Source: the human T2T-CHM13v2.0 reference genome, Homo sapiens | Reading direction: 5' to 3' (one strand) | Length of the DNA stretch: 64,000 nt | Assembly (NCBI RefSeq): GCF_009914755.1 | Contig: NC_060925.1 | Shown: positions 11,401 through 25,000 of the stretch, piece after piece | Layout of the letters: each line of letters starts with the position of its first letter | How positions within the stretch are numbered: the stretch's first letter is position 1 | Position numbers and translations under genes: made by a program | The notes under the pieces: model-generated | What the model saw: the letters and a program-made list of their open reading frames with translations, nothing else | Databases searched by the model: none | What the model was told of the DNA's origin: nothing

Positions 11401-13900
11401 GTCTGTTTGTAAAGTCTGCAAGTGGATATTCAGACCTCTTTGAGGCCTTCGTTGGAAACGGGATTTCTTCATATTATGCTAGACAGAATAATTCTCAGTA
11501 ACTTCCTTGTGTTGTGTGTATTCAACTCACAGAGTTGAACGATCCTTTACAGAGAGCAGACTTGAAACACTCTTTTTGTGGAATTTGCAAGTGGAGATTT
11601 CAGCCGCTTTGTGGTCAATGGTAGAATAGGAAATATCTTCCTATAGAAACTAGACAGAATGATTCTCAGAAACTCCTTTGTGATGTGTGCGTTCAACTCA
11701 CAGAGTTTAACCTTTCTTTTCATAGAGCAGTTAGGAAACACTCTGTTTGTAAAGTCTGCAAGTGGATATTGAGACCTCTTTGAGGCCTTCGTTGGAAACG
11801 GGATTTCTTCATATTCTGCTAGACAGAAGAATTCTCAGTAACTTCCTTGTGTTGTGTGTATTCAACTCACAGAGTTGAACGATCCTTTACACAGAGCAGA
11901 CTTGAAACACTCTTTTTGTAGAATTTGCAAGTCGAGATTTCAGCCGCTTTGAGGTCAATAGTAGAAAAGGAAATATCTTCGTAGAAAAACTAGACAGAAT
12001 GATTCTCAGAAACTCCTTTGTGATGTGTGTGTTCAACTCACAGAGTTTAACCTTTCTTTTCATAGAGCAGTTAGTAAACACTCTGTTTATAAAGTCTGCA
12101 AGTGGATATTCAGACCCCTTTGAGGCCTTCGTTGGAAACGGGATTTCTTCATATTATGCTAGACAGAAGAATTCTCAGTAACTTCCTTGTGTTGTGTGTA
12201 TTCAACTGACAGAGTTGAACTTTCATTTAGAGAGAGCAGATTTGAAACACTGTTTTTGTGGAATTTGCAAGTGGAGATTTCAAGCGCTTTGGGGCCAAAG
12301 GCAGAAAAGGAAATATCTTCGTATAAAAACTAGACAGAATCATTCTCAGAAACTGCTGCGTGATGTGTGCGTTCAACTCTCAGAGTTTAACTTTTCTTTT
12401 CATTCAGCGGTTTGGAAACACTCTGTTTGTAAAGTCTGCACGTGGAAATTTTGACCACTTAGAGGCCTTCGTTGGAAACGGGTTTTTTTCATTTAAGGCT
12501 AGACAGAAGAATTCCCAGTAACTTCCTTGTGTTGTGTGCATTCAACTCACAGAGTTGAACGTTCCCTTAGACAGAGCAGATTTGAAACACTCTATTTGTG
12601 CAATTTGCAAGTGTAGATTTCAAGCGCTTTAAGGTCAACGGCAGAAAAGGAAATATCTTCGTTTCAAAACTAGACAGAATCGTTCCCACAAACTGCGTTG
12701 TGATGTGTTCGTTCAACTCACAGAGTTTAACCTTTCTGTTCATAGAGCAGTTAGGAAACACTCTGTTTGTAAAGTCTGTAAGTGGATATTCTGACATCTT
12801 GTGGCCTTCGTTGGAAACGGGATTTCTTCCTATTCTGCTAGACAGAAGAATTCTCAGTAACTTCCTTGTGTTGTGTGTATTCAACTCACAGAGTTGAACG
12901 ATCCTTTACACAGAGCAGACTTGAAACACTCTTTTTGTGGAATTTGCAAGTGGAGATTTCAGCCGCTTTGAGGTCAATGGTAGAAAAGGAAACTATCTTC
13001 ATATAAAGACTAGACAGAATGATTCTCAGAAAATCTTTTGTGATGTGTGCGTTCAACTCACAGAGTTTAACTTTTCTTCTCATAGAGCAGTTAGGAAACA
13101 CTCTGTTTGTAAAGTCTGCAAGTGGATATTCAGACCTCTTTGAGGCCTTCGTTGGAAACGGGATTTCTTCATATTATGCTAGACAGAATAATTCTCAGTA
13201 ACTTCCTTGTGTTGTGTGTATTCAACTCACAGAGTTGAAGGATCCTTTACAGAGAGCAGGCTTGAAACACTCTTTTTGTCGAATTTGCAAGTGGAGATTT
13301 CAGCCGCTTTGAGGTCAATGGTAGAATAGGAAATATCTTCTTATAGAAACTAGACAGAATGATTCTCATGAACTCCTTTGTGATGTGTGCGTTCAACTCA
13401 CAGAGTTTAACCTTTCTTTTCATAGAGCAGTTAGGAAACACTCTGTTTGTAAAGTCTGCAAGTGGATATTCAGACCTCCTTGAGGCCTTCGTTGGAAACG
13501 GGATTTCTTCATATTCTGCTAGACAGAAGAATTCTCAGTAACTTCCTTGTGTTGTGTTTATTCAACTCACAGAGTTGAATGATCCTTTACACAGAGCAGA
13601 CTTGAAACACTCTTTTTGTGGAAATTGCAAGTGGAGATTTCAGCCGCTTTGAGGTCAACGGTAGAAAAGTAAATATCTTCGTATAAAGACTAGACAGAAT
13701 GATTCTCAGAAACTCCTTTGTGATGTGTGTGTTCAACTCACAGAGTTTAAACTTTCTGTTCATAGAGCAGTTAGGAAACACTCTGTTTGTAAAGTCTGCA
13801 AGTGGATATTCAGACCTCCTTGAGGCCTTCGTTGGAAACGGGATTTCTTCATATTCTGCTAGACAGAAGAATTCTCAGTAACTTCCTTGTGTTGTGTGTA
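8420..13900 (+). repeat. ~5.4 kb duplicated block, copy 1 (copy 2 at +22381)
   Basis: Rare variants are shared in the same order with 30800-36280: CTTATGGCC, GCGATCAAC, the 49-bp deletion (9417 vs 31798), the 4-bp deletion CTCTGTAATG, TTTGAAGTGGAGAATTC, GGAAATTTTG and AATCGTTCCC. ORFs map 8540->30921 and 13699->36080. Confidence 0.9.
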
Positions 13901-16900
13901 TTCAACTCACAGAGTTGAACGATCCTTTACACAGAGCAGACTTGAAACACTCTTTTTGTGGAATTTGCAAGTGGAGATTTCAGCCGCTTTGAGGTCAATA
14001 GTAGAAAAGGAAATATCTTCGTAGAAAAACTAGACAGAATGATTCTCAGAAACTCCTTTGTGATGTGTGTGTTCAACTCACAGAGTTTAACCATTCTTTT
14101 CATAGAGCAGTTAGTAAACACTCTGTTTATAAAGTCTGCAAGTGGATATTCAGACCCCTTTGAGGCCTTCGTTGGAAACGGGATTTCTTCATATTATGCT
14201 AGACAGAAGAATTCTCAGTAACTTCCTTGTGTTGTGTGTATTCAACTGACAGAGTTGAACTTTCATTTAGAGAGAGCAGATTTGAAACACTGTTTTTGTG
14301 GAATTTGCAAGTGGAGATTTCAAGCGCTTTGGGGCCAAAGGCAGAAAAGGAAATATCTTCGTATAAAAACTAGACAGAATCATTCTCAGAAACTGCTGCG
14401 TGATGTGTGCGTTCAACTCTCAGAGTTTAACTTTTCTTTTCATTCAGCGGTTTGGAAACACTCTGTTTGTAAAGTCTGCACGTGGATATTTTGACCACTT
14501 AGAGGCCTTCGTTGGAAAAGGGTTTTTTTCATGTAAGGCTAGACAGAAGAATTCCCAGTAACTTCCTTGTGTTGTGTGCATTCAACTCACAGAGTTGAAC
14601 GTTCCCTTAGACAGAGCAGATTTGAAACACTCTATTTGTGCAATTTGCAAGTGTAGATTTCAAGCGCTTTAAGGTCAACGGAAGAAAAGGAAATATCTTC
14701 GTTTCAAAACTAGACAGAATCATTCCCACAAACTGCGTTGTGATGTGTTCGTTCAACTCACAGAGTTTAACCTTTCTGTTCATAGAGCAGTTAGGAAACA
14801 CTCTGTTTGTAAAGTCTGTAAGTGGATATTCTGACATCTTGTGGCCTTCGTTGGAAACGGGATTTCTTCATATTCTGCTAGACAGAAGAATTCTCAGTAA
14901 CTTCCTTGTGTTGTGTGTATTCAACTCACAGAGTTGAACGATCCTTTACACAGAGCAGACTTGAAACACTCTTTTTGTGGAATTTGCAACTGGAGATTTC
15001 AGCCGCTTTGAAGTCAATGGTAGAAAAGGAAACTATCTTCATATAAAGACTAGACAGAATGATTCTCAGAATATCTTTTGTGATGTGTGCGTTCAACTCA
15101 CAGAGTTTAACTTTTCTTCTCATAGAGCAGTTAGGAAACACTCTGTTTGTAAAGTCTGCAAGTGGATATTCAGACCTCTTTGAGGCCTTCGTTGGAAACG
15201 GGATTTCTTCATATTCTGCTAGACAGAATAATTCTCAGTAACTTCCTTGTGTTGTGTGTATTCAACTCACAGAGTTGAAGGATCCTTTACAGAGAGCAGG
15301 CTTGAAACACTCTTTTTGTCGAATTTGCAAGTGGAGATTTCAGCCGCTTTGAGGTCAATGGTAGAATAGGAAATATCTTCTTATAGAAACTAGACAGAAT
15401 GATTCTCATAAACTCCTTTGTGATGTGTGCGTTCAACTCACAGAGTTTAACCTTTCTTTTCACAGAGCAGTTAGGAAACACTCTGTTTGAAAAGTCTGCA
15501 AGTGGATATTCAGACCTCCTTGAGGCCTTCGTTGGAAACGGGATTTATTCATATTCTGCTAGACAGAAGAATTCTCAGTAACTTCCTTGTGTTGTGTTTA
15601 TTCAACTCACAGAGTTGAATGATCCTTTACACAGAGCAGACTTGAAACACTCTTTTTGTGGAATTTGCAAGTGGAGATTTCAGCCGCTTTGAGGTCAATG
15701 GTAGAAAAGTAAATATCTTCGTATAAAGACTAGACAGAATGATTCTCAGAAACTCCTTTGTGATGTGTGCGTTCAACTCACAGAGTTTAACCTTTCTGTT
15801 CATAGAGCAGTTAGGAAACACTCTGTTTGTAAAGTCTGCAAGTGGATACTCAGACCTCCTTGAGGCCTTCGTTGGAAACGGGATTTCTTCATATTCTGCT
15901 AGACAGAAGAATTCTCAGTAACTTCCTTGTGTTGTGTGTACTCAACTCACAGAGTTGAACGATCCTTTACACAGAGCAGACTTGAAACACTCTTTTTGTG
16001 GAATTTGCAAGTGGAGATTTCAGCCGCTTTGAGGTCAATAGTAGAAAAGGAAATATCTTCGTAGAAAAACTAGACAGAATGATTCTCAGAAACTCCTTTG
16101 TGATGTGTGTGTTCAACTCACAGAGTTTAACCTTTCTTTTCATAGAGCAGTTAGTAAACACTCTGTTTATAAAGTCTGCAAGTGGATATTCAGACCCCTT
16201 TGAGGCCTTCGTTGGAAACGGGATTTCTTCATATTCTGCTAGACAGAAGAATTCTCAGTAACTTCCTTGTGTTGTGTGTATTCAACTGACAGAGTTCAAC
16301 TTTCATTTAGAGAGAGCAGATTTGAAACACTGTTTTTGTGGAATTTGCAAGTGGAGATTTCAGCCGCTTTGAGGTCAATGGTAGAAAAGGAAACAATCTT
16401 CATATAAAGACTAGACAGAATGATTCTCAGAAAATCTTTTGTGATGTGTGCGTTCAACTCACAGAGTTTAACTTTTCTTCTCATAGAGCAGTTAGGAAAC
16501 ACTCTGTTTGTAAAGTCTGCAAGTGCATATTCAGACCTCTTTGAGGCCTTCGTTGGAAACGGGATTTCTTCATATTATGCTAGACAGAATAATTCTCAGT
16601 AACTTCCTTGTGTTGTGTGTATTCAACTCACAGAGTTGAAGGATCCTTTACAGAGAGCAGGCTTGAAACACTCTTTTTGTCGAATTTGCAAGTGGAGATT
16701 TCAGCCGCTTTGAGGTCAATGGTAGAATAGGAAATATCTTCTTATAGAAACTAGACAGAATGATTCTCATAAACTCCTTTGTGATGTGTGCGTTCAACTC
16801 ACAGAGTTTAACCTTTCTGTTCATAGAGCAGTTAGGAAACACTCTGTTTGTAAAGTCTGCAAGTGGATATTCAGACCTCCTTGAGGCCTTCTTTGGAAAC

Positions 16901-17625
16901 GGGATTTCTTCATATTCTGCTAGACAGAAGAATTCTCAGTAACTTCCTTGTGTTGTGTTTATTCAACTCACAGAGTTGAATGATCCTTTACACAGAGCAG
17001 ACTTGAAACACTCTTTTTGTGGAATTTGCAAGTGGAGATTTCAGCCGCTTTGAGGTCAATGGTAGAAAAGTAAATATCTTCGTATAAAGACTAGACAGAA
17101 TGATTCTCAGAAACTCCTTTGTGATGTGTGCGTTCAACTCACAGAGTTTAACCTTTCTGTTCATAGAGCAGTTAGGAAACACTCTGTTTGTAAAGTCTGC
17201 AAGTGGATATTCAGACCTCTTTGAGGCCTTCGTTGGAAACGGGATTTCTTCATATTCTGCTAGACAGAAGAATTCTCAGTAACTTCCTTGTGTTGTGTGT
17301 ATTCTACTCACAGAGTTGAACGATCCTTTACACAGAGCAGACTTGATACACTCTTTTTGTGGAATTTGCAAGTGGAGATTTCAGCCGCTTTGAGGTCAAT
17401 AGTAGAAAAGGAAATATCTTCGTAGAAAAACTAGACAGAATGATTCTCAGAAACTCCTTTGTGATGTGTGTGTTCAACTCACAGAGTTTAACCTTTCTTT
17501 TCATAGAGCAGTTAGTAAACACTCTGTTTATAAAGTCTGCAAGTGGATATTCAGACCCCTTTGAGGCCTTCGTTGGAAACGGGATTTCTTCATATTATGC
17601 TAGACAGAAGAATTCTCAGTAACTT
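11845..17625 (+). repeat. Local tandem higher-order units with periods 2040, 2040 and 1361 bp
   Basis: X-type starts lie at 12194, 14234, ~16274 (hybrid) and 17635. The variant GAAGGATCC...GCAGGCTTG...TTGTCGAA recurs at 13240, 15280 and 16641. Confidence 0.8.
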
Positions 17626-20600
17626 CCTTGTGTTGTGTGTATTCAACTGACAGAGTTGAACTTTCATTTAGAGAGAGCAGATTTGAAACACTGTTTTTGT
17701 GGAATTTGCAAGTGGAGATTTCAAGCGCTTTGGGGCCAAAGGCAGAAAAGGAAATATCTTCGTATAAAAACTAGACAGAATCATTCTCAGAATCTGCTGC
17801 GTGATGTGTGCGTTCAACTCTCAGAGTTTAACTTTTCTTTTCATTCAGCGGTTTGGAAACACTCTGTTTGTAAAGTCTGCACGTGGATATTTTGACCACT
17901 TAGAGGCCTTCGTTGGAAACGGGTTTTTTTCATGTAAGGCTAGACAGAAGAATTCCCAGTAACTTCCTTGTGTTGTGTGCATTCAACTCACAGAGTTGAA
18001 CGTTCCCTTAGACAGAGCAGATTTGAAACACTCTATTTGTGCAATTTGCAAGTGTAGATTTCAAGCGCTTTAAGGTCAATGGCAGAAAAGGAAATATCTT
18101 CGTTTCAAAACTAGACAGAATCATTCCCACAAACTGCGTTGTGATGTGTTCGTTCAACTCACAGAGTTTAACCTTTCTGTTCATAGAGCAGTTAGGAAAC
18201 ACTCTGTTTGTAAAGTCTGCAAGTGGATATTCAGACCTCCTTGAGGCCTTCGTTGGAAACGGGATTTCTTCATATTCTGCTAGACAGAAGAATTCTCAGT
18301 AACTTCCTTGTGTTGTGTGTATTCAACTCACAGAGTTGAACGATCCTTTACAGAGAGCAGACTTGAAACACTCTTTTTGTGGAATTTGCAAGTGGAGATT
18401 TCAGCCGCTTTGGGGTCAATGGTAGAATAGGAAATATCTTCCTATAGAAACTAGACAGAATCATTCTCATAAACTCCTTTGTGATGTGTGCGTTCAACTC
18501 ACAGAGTTTAACTTTTCTTTTCATAGAGCAGTTAGGAAACACTCTGTTTGTAAAGTCTGCAAGTGGATATTCAGACCTCTTTGAGGCCTTCGTTGGAAAC
18601 GGGATTTCTTCATATTATGCTAGACAGAATAATTCTCAGTAACTTCCTTGTTTTGTGTGTATTCAACTCACAGAGTTGAACGATCCTTTACAGAGAGCAG
18701 ACTTGAAACACTCTTTTTGTGGAATTTGCAAGTGGAGATTTCAGCCGCTTTGAGGTCTATGGTAGAAAAGGAAATATCTTCGTATAAAGACTAGACAGAA
18801 TGATTCTCAGAAACTCCTTTGTGATGTGTGCGTTCAACTCACAGAGTTTAACCTTTCTTTTCATAGAGCAGTTATTAAACACTCTGTTTGTAAAGTCTGC
18901 AAGTGGATATTCAGACCTCCTTGAGGCCTTCGTTGGAAACGGGATTTCTTCATATTCTGCTAGACAGAAGAATTCTCAGTAACTTCCTTGTGTTGTGTGT
19001 ATTCAACTCACAGAGTTGAACGATGCTTTACACAGAGCAGACTTTAAACACTCTTTTTGTGGAATTTGCAAGTGGAGATTTCAGCCGCTTTGAGGTCAAT
19101 GGTAGAAAAGGAAATATCTTCGAACAAAGACTTCACAGAATGATTCTCAGAAACTCCTTTGTGATGTGTGCGTTCAACTCACAGAGTTTAACTTTTCTTT
19201 TCATAGAGCAGTTAGGAAACACTCTGTTTGTAAAGTCTGCAAGTGTATATTCAGATCTCTTTGAGGCCTTCGTTGGAAACGGGATTTCTTCATATTATGC
19301 TAGACAGAATAATTCTCAGTAACTTCCTTGTGTTGTGTGTATTCAACTCACAGAGTTGAACGATCCTTTACAGAGAGCAGACTTGAAACACTCTTTTTGT
19401 GGAATTTGCAAGTGAAGATTTCAGCCGCTTTGAGGTCAATGGTAGAATAGGAAATATCTTCCTATAGAAACTAGACAGAATGATTCTCAGAAACTATTTT
19501 GTGATGTGTGCGTTCAACTCACAGAGTTTAACTTTTCTTTTCATAGACCAGTTAGGAAACACTCTGTTTGTAAAGTCTGCAAGTGGATATTCAGACCTCT
19601 TTGAGGCCTTCGTTGGAAACGGGATTTCTTCATATTCTGCTAGACAGAAGAATTCTCAGTAACTCCCTTGTGTTGTGTGTATTCAACTCACAGAGTTGAA
19701 CGATCCTTTACACAGAGCAGACTTGAAACACTCTTTTTGTGGAATTTGCAAGTGGAGATTTCAGCCGCTTTGAGGTCAATAGTAGAAAAGGAAATATCTT
19801 CGTAGAAAAACTAGACAGAATGATTCTCAGAAACTCCTTTGTGATGTGTGTGTTCAACTCACAGAGTTTAACCTTTCTTTTCATAGAGCAGTTAGTAAAC
19901 ACTCTGTTTATAAAGTCTGCAAGTGGATATTCAGACCCCTTTGAGGCCTTCGTTGGAAACGGGATTTCTTCATATTATGCTCGACAGAAGAATTCTCAGT
20001 AACTTCCTTGTGTTGTGTGTATTCAACTGACAGAGTTGAACTTTCATTTAGAGAGAGCAGATTTGAAACACTGTTTTTGTGGAATTTGCAAGTGGAGATT
20101 TCAAGCGCTTTGGGGCCAAAGGCAGAAAAGGAAATATCTTCGTATAAAAACTAGACAGAATCATTCTCAGAAACTGCTGCGTGATGTGTGCGTTCAACTC
20201 TCAGAGTTTAACTTTTCTTTTCATTCAGCGGTTTGGAAACACTCTGTTTGTAAAGTCTGCACGTGGATATTTTGACCACTTAGAGGCCTTCGTTGGAAAC
20301 GGGTTTTTTGCATGTAAGGCTAGACAGAAGAATTCCCAGTAACTTCTTTGTGTTGTGTACATTCAACTCACAGAGTTGAACGTTCCCTTAGAGCAGATTT
20401 GAAACACTCTATTTGTGCAATTTGCAAGTGTAGATTTCAAGCGCTTTAAGGTCAATGGCAGAAAAGGATATATCTTCGTTTCAAAACTAGACAGAATCAT
20501 TCCCACAAAACTGCGTTGTGATGTGTTCGTTCAACTCACAGAGTTTAACCTTTCTGTTCATAGAGCAGTTAGGAAACACTCTGTTTGTAAAGTCTGTAAG

Positions 20601-20720
20601 TGGATATTCTGACATCTTGTGGCCTTCGTTGGAAACGGGATTTCTTCATATTCTGCTAGACAGAAGAATTCTCAGTAACTTCCTTGTGTTGTGTGTATTC
20701 AACTCACAGAGTTGAACGAT
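14225..20720 (+). repeat. ~6.5 kb duplicated block, copy 1 (copy 2 at +7816)
   Basis: ORFs map 14234->22050, 16296->24112, 18800->26616 and 20415->28231. Shared rare variants include CAACGGAAG, GCAACTGG, GTTCAACTTTC, TTATTAAAC, GCTCGACAG and the 4-bp deletion CCCTTAGAGCAG. Confidence 0.92.
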
Positions 20721-22040
20721 CCTTTGCACAGAGCAGACTTGAAACACTCTTTTTGTGGAATTTGCAAGTGGAGATTTCAGCCGCTTTGAGGTCAATGGTA
20801 GAAAAGGAAATATCTTCGTATAAAGACTAGACAGAATGATTCTCAGAAACTCCTTTGTGATGTGTGCGTTCAACTCACAGAGTTTAACCTTTCTGTTCAT
20901 AGAGCAGTTAGGAAACACTCTGTTTGTAAAGTCTGCAAGTGGATATGCAGACCTCCTTGAGGCCTTCGTTGGAAACGGGATTTCTTCATATTCTGCTAGA
21001 CAGAAGAATTCTCAGTAACTTCCTTGTGTTGTGTGTATTCAACTCACAGATTTGAACGTTCCCTTAGACAGAGCAGATTTGAAACACTCTATTTGTGCAA
21101 TTTGCAAGTGTAGATTTCAAGCGCTTTAAGGTCAATGGCAGAAAAGGAAATATCTTCGTTTCAAAACTAGACAGAATCATTCCCACAAACTGCGTTGTGA
21201 TGTATTCGTTCAACTCACAGGGTTTAACCTTTCTGTTCATAGAGCAGTTAGGAAACACTCTGTTTGTAAAGTCTGTAAGTGGATATTCTGACATTTTGTG
21301 GCCTTCGTTGGAAATGGGATTTCTTCATATTCTCCTGGACAGAAGAATTCTCAGTAACTTCCTTGTGTTGTGTGTATTCAACTCACAGAGTTGAACGATC
21401 GTTTACACAGAGCAGACTTGAAACACTCTTTTTGTGGAATTTGCAAATGGAGATTTCAGCCGCTTTGAGGTCAATGGTAGAAAAGGAAATATCTTCGTAT
21501 AAAGACTAGACAGAATGATCCTCAGAAACTCCTTTGTGATGTGTGCGTTCAACTCACAGAGTTTAACCTTTCTGTTCATAGAGCAGTTAGGAAACACTCT
21601 GTTTGTAAAGTCTGCAAGTGGATATTCAGACCTCTTTGAGGCCTTCGTTGGAAACGGGATTTCTTCATATTATGCTAGACAGAATAATTCTCAGTAACTT
21701 CCTTGTGTTGTGTGTATTCAACTCACAGAGTTGAACGATCCTTTACAGAGAGCAGACTTGAAACACTCTTTTTGTGGAATTTGCAAGAGGAGATTTCAGC
21801 CGCTTTGAGGTCAAAGGTAGAATAGGAAATATCTTCCTATAGAAACTAGACAGAATGATTCTCAGAAACTCCTTTGTGATGTGTGCGTTCAACTCACAGA
21901 GTTTAACCTTTCTTTTCATAGAGCACTTAGGAAACACTCTGTTTGTAAAGTCTGCAACTGGATATTCAGACCTCTTTGAGGCCATCGTTGGAAACGGGAT
22001 TTCTTCATATTCTGCTAGACAGAAGAATTCTCAGTAACTT

Positions 22041-25000
22041 CCTTGTGTTGTGTGTATTCAACTGACAGAGTTGAACTTTCATTTAGAGAGAGCAGATTTG
22101 AAACACTGTTTTTGTGGAATTTGCAAGTGGAGATTTCAAGCGCTTTGGGGCCAAAGGCAGAAAAGAAAATATCTTCGTATAAAAACTAGACAGAATCATT
22201 CTCAGAAACTGCTGCGTGATGTGTGCGTTCAACTCTCAGAGTTTAACTTTTCTTTTCATTCAGCGGTTTGGAAACACTCTGTTTGTAAAGTCTGCACGTG
22301 GATATTTTGACCACTTAGAGGCCTTCGTTGGAAAAGGGTTTTTTTCATGTAAGGCTAGACAGAAGAATTCCCAGTAACTTCCTTGTGTTGTGTGCATTCA
22401 ACTCACAGAGTTGAACGTTCCCTTAGACAGAGCAGATTTGAAACACTCTATTTGTGCAATTTGCAAGTGTAGATTTCAAGCGCTTTAAGGTCAACGGAAG
22501 AAAAGGAAATATCTTCGTTTCAAAACTAGACAGAATCATTCCCACAAACTGCGTTGTGATGTGTTCGTTCAACTCACAGAGTTTAACCTTTCTGTTCATA
22601 GAGCAGTTAGGAAACACTCTGTTTGTAAAGTCTGTAAGTGGATATTCTGACATCTTGTGGCCTTCGTTGGAAACGGGATTTCTTCATATTCTGCTAGACA
22701 GAAGAATTCTCAGTAACTTCCTTGTGTTGTGTGTATTCAACTCACAGAGTTGAACGATCCTTTACACAGAGCAGACTTGAAACACTCTTTTTGTGGAATT
22801 TGCAACTGGAGATTTCAGCCGCTTTGAAGTCAATGGTAGAAAAGGAAACTATCTTCATATAAAGACTAGACAGAATGATTCTCAGAATATCTTTTGTGAT
22901 GTGTGCGTTCAACTCACAGAGTTTAACTTTTCTTCTCATAGAGCAGTTAGGAAACACTCTGTTTGTAAAGTCTGCAAGTGGATATTCAGACCTCTTTGAG
23001 GCCTTCGTTGGAAACGGGATTTCTTCATATTCTGCTAGACAGAATAATTCTCAGTAACTTCCTTGTGTTGTGTGTATTCAACTCACAGAGTTGAAGGATC
23101 CTTTACAGAGAGCAGGCTTGAAACACTCTTTTTGTCGAATTTGCAAGTGGAGATTTCAGCCGCTTTGAGGTCAATGGTAGAATAGGAAATATCTTCTTAT
23201 AGAAACTAGACAGAATGATTCTCATAAACTCCTTTGTGATGTGTGCGTTCAACTCACAGAGTTTAACCTTTCTTTTCACAGAGCAGTTAGGAAACACTCT
23301 GTTTGAAAAGTCTGCAAGTGGATATTCAGACCTCCTTGAGGCCTTCGTTGGAAACGGGATTTATTCATATTCTGCTAGACAGAAGAATTCTCAGTAACTT
23401 CCTTGTGTTGTGTTTATTCAACTCACAGAGTTGAATGATCCTTTACACAGAGCAGACTTGAAACACTCTTTTTGTGGAATTTGCAAGTGGAGATTTCAGC
23501 CGCTTTGAGGTCAATGGTAGAAAAGTAAATATCTTCGTATAAAGACTAGACAGAATGATTCTCAGAAACTCCTTTGTGATGTGTGCGTTCAACTCACAGA
23601 GTTTAACCTTTCTGTTCATAGAGCAGTTAGGAAACACTCTGTTTGTAAAGTCTGCAAGTGGATACTCAGACCTCCTTGAGGCCTTCGTTGGAAAAGGGAT
23701 TTCTTCATATTCTGCTAGACAGAAGAATTCTCAGTAACTTCCTTGTGTTGTGTGTACTCAACTCACAGAGTTGAACGATCCTTTACACAGAGCAGACTTG
23801 AAACACTCTTTTTGTGGAATTTGCAAGTGGAGATTTCAGCCGCTTTGAGGTCAATAGTAGAAAAGGAAATATCTTCGTAGAAAAACTAGACAGAATGATT
23901 CTCAGAAACTCCTTTGTGATGTGTGTGTTCAACTCACAGAGTTTAACCTTTCTTTTCATAGAGCAGTTAGTAAACACTCTGTTTATAAAGTCTGCAAGTG
24001 GATATTCAGACCCCTTTGAGGCCTTCGTTGGAAACGGGATTTCTTCATATTCTGCTAGACAGAAGAATTCTCAGTAACTTCCTTGTGTTGTGTGTATTCA
24101 ACTGACAGAGTTCAACTTTCATTTAGAGAGAGCAGATTTGAAACACTGTTTTTGTGGAATTTGCAAGTGGAGATTTCAGCCGCTTTGAGGTCAATGGTAG
24201 AAAAGGAAACAATCTTCATATAAAGACTAGACAGAATGATTCTCAGAAAATCTTTTGTGATGTGTGCGTTCAACTCACAGAGTTTAACTTTTCTTCTCAT
24301 AGAGCAGTTAGGAAACACTCTGTTTGTAAAGTCTGCAAGTGCATATTCGGACCTCTTTGAGGCCTTCGTTGGAAACGGGATTTCTTCATATTATGCTAGA
24401 CAGAATAATTCTCAGTAACTTCCTTGTGTTGTGTGTATTCAACTCACAGAGTTGAAGGATCCTTTACAGAGAGCAGGCTTGAAACACTCTTTTTGTCGAA
24501 TTTGCAAGTGGAGATTTCAGCCGCTTTGAGGTCAATGGTAGAATAGGAAATATCTTCTTATAGAAACTAGACAGAATGATTCTCATAAACTCCTTTGTGA
24601 TGTGTGCGTTCAACTCACAGAGTTTAACCTTTCTGTTCATAGAGCAGTTAGGAAACACTCTGTTTGTAAAGTCTGCAAGTGGATATTCAGACCTCCTTGA
24701 GGCCTTCTTTGGAAACGGGATTTCTTCATATTCTGCTAGACAGAAGAATTCTCAGTAACTTCCTTGTGTTGTGTTTATTCAACTCACAGAGTTGAATGAT
24801 CCTTTACACAGAGCAGACTTGAAACACTCTTTTTGTGGAATTTGCAAGTGGAGATTTCAGCCGCTTTGAGGTCAATGGTAGAAAAGTAAATATCTTCGTA
24901 TAAAGACTAGACAGAATGATTCTCAGAAACTCCTTTGTGATGTGTGCGTTCAACTCACAGAGTTTAACCTTTCTGTTCATAGAGCAGTTAGGAAACACTC

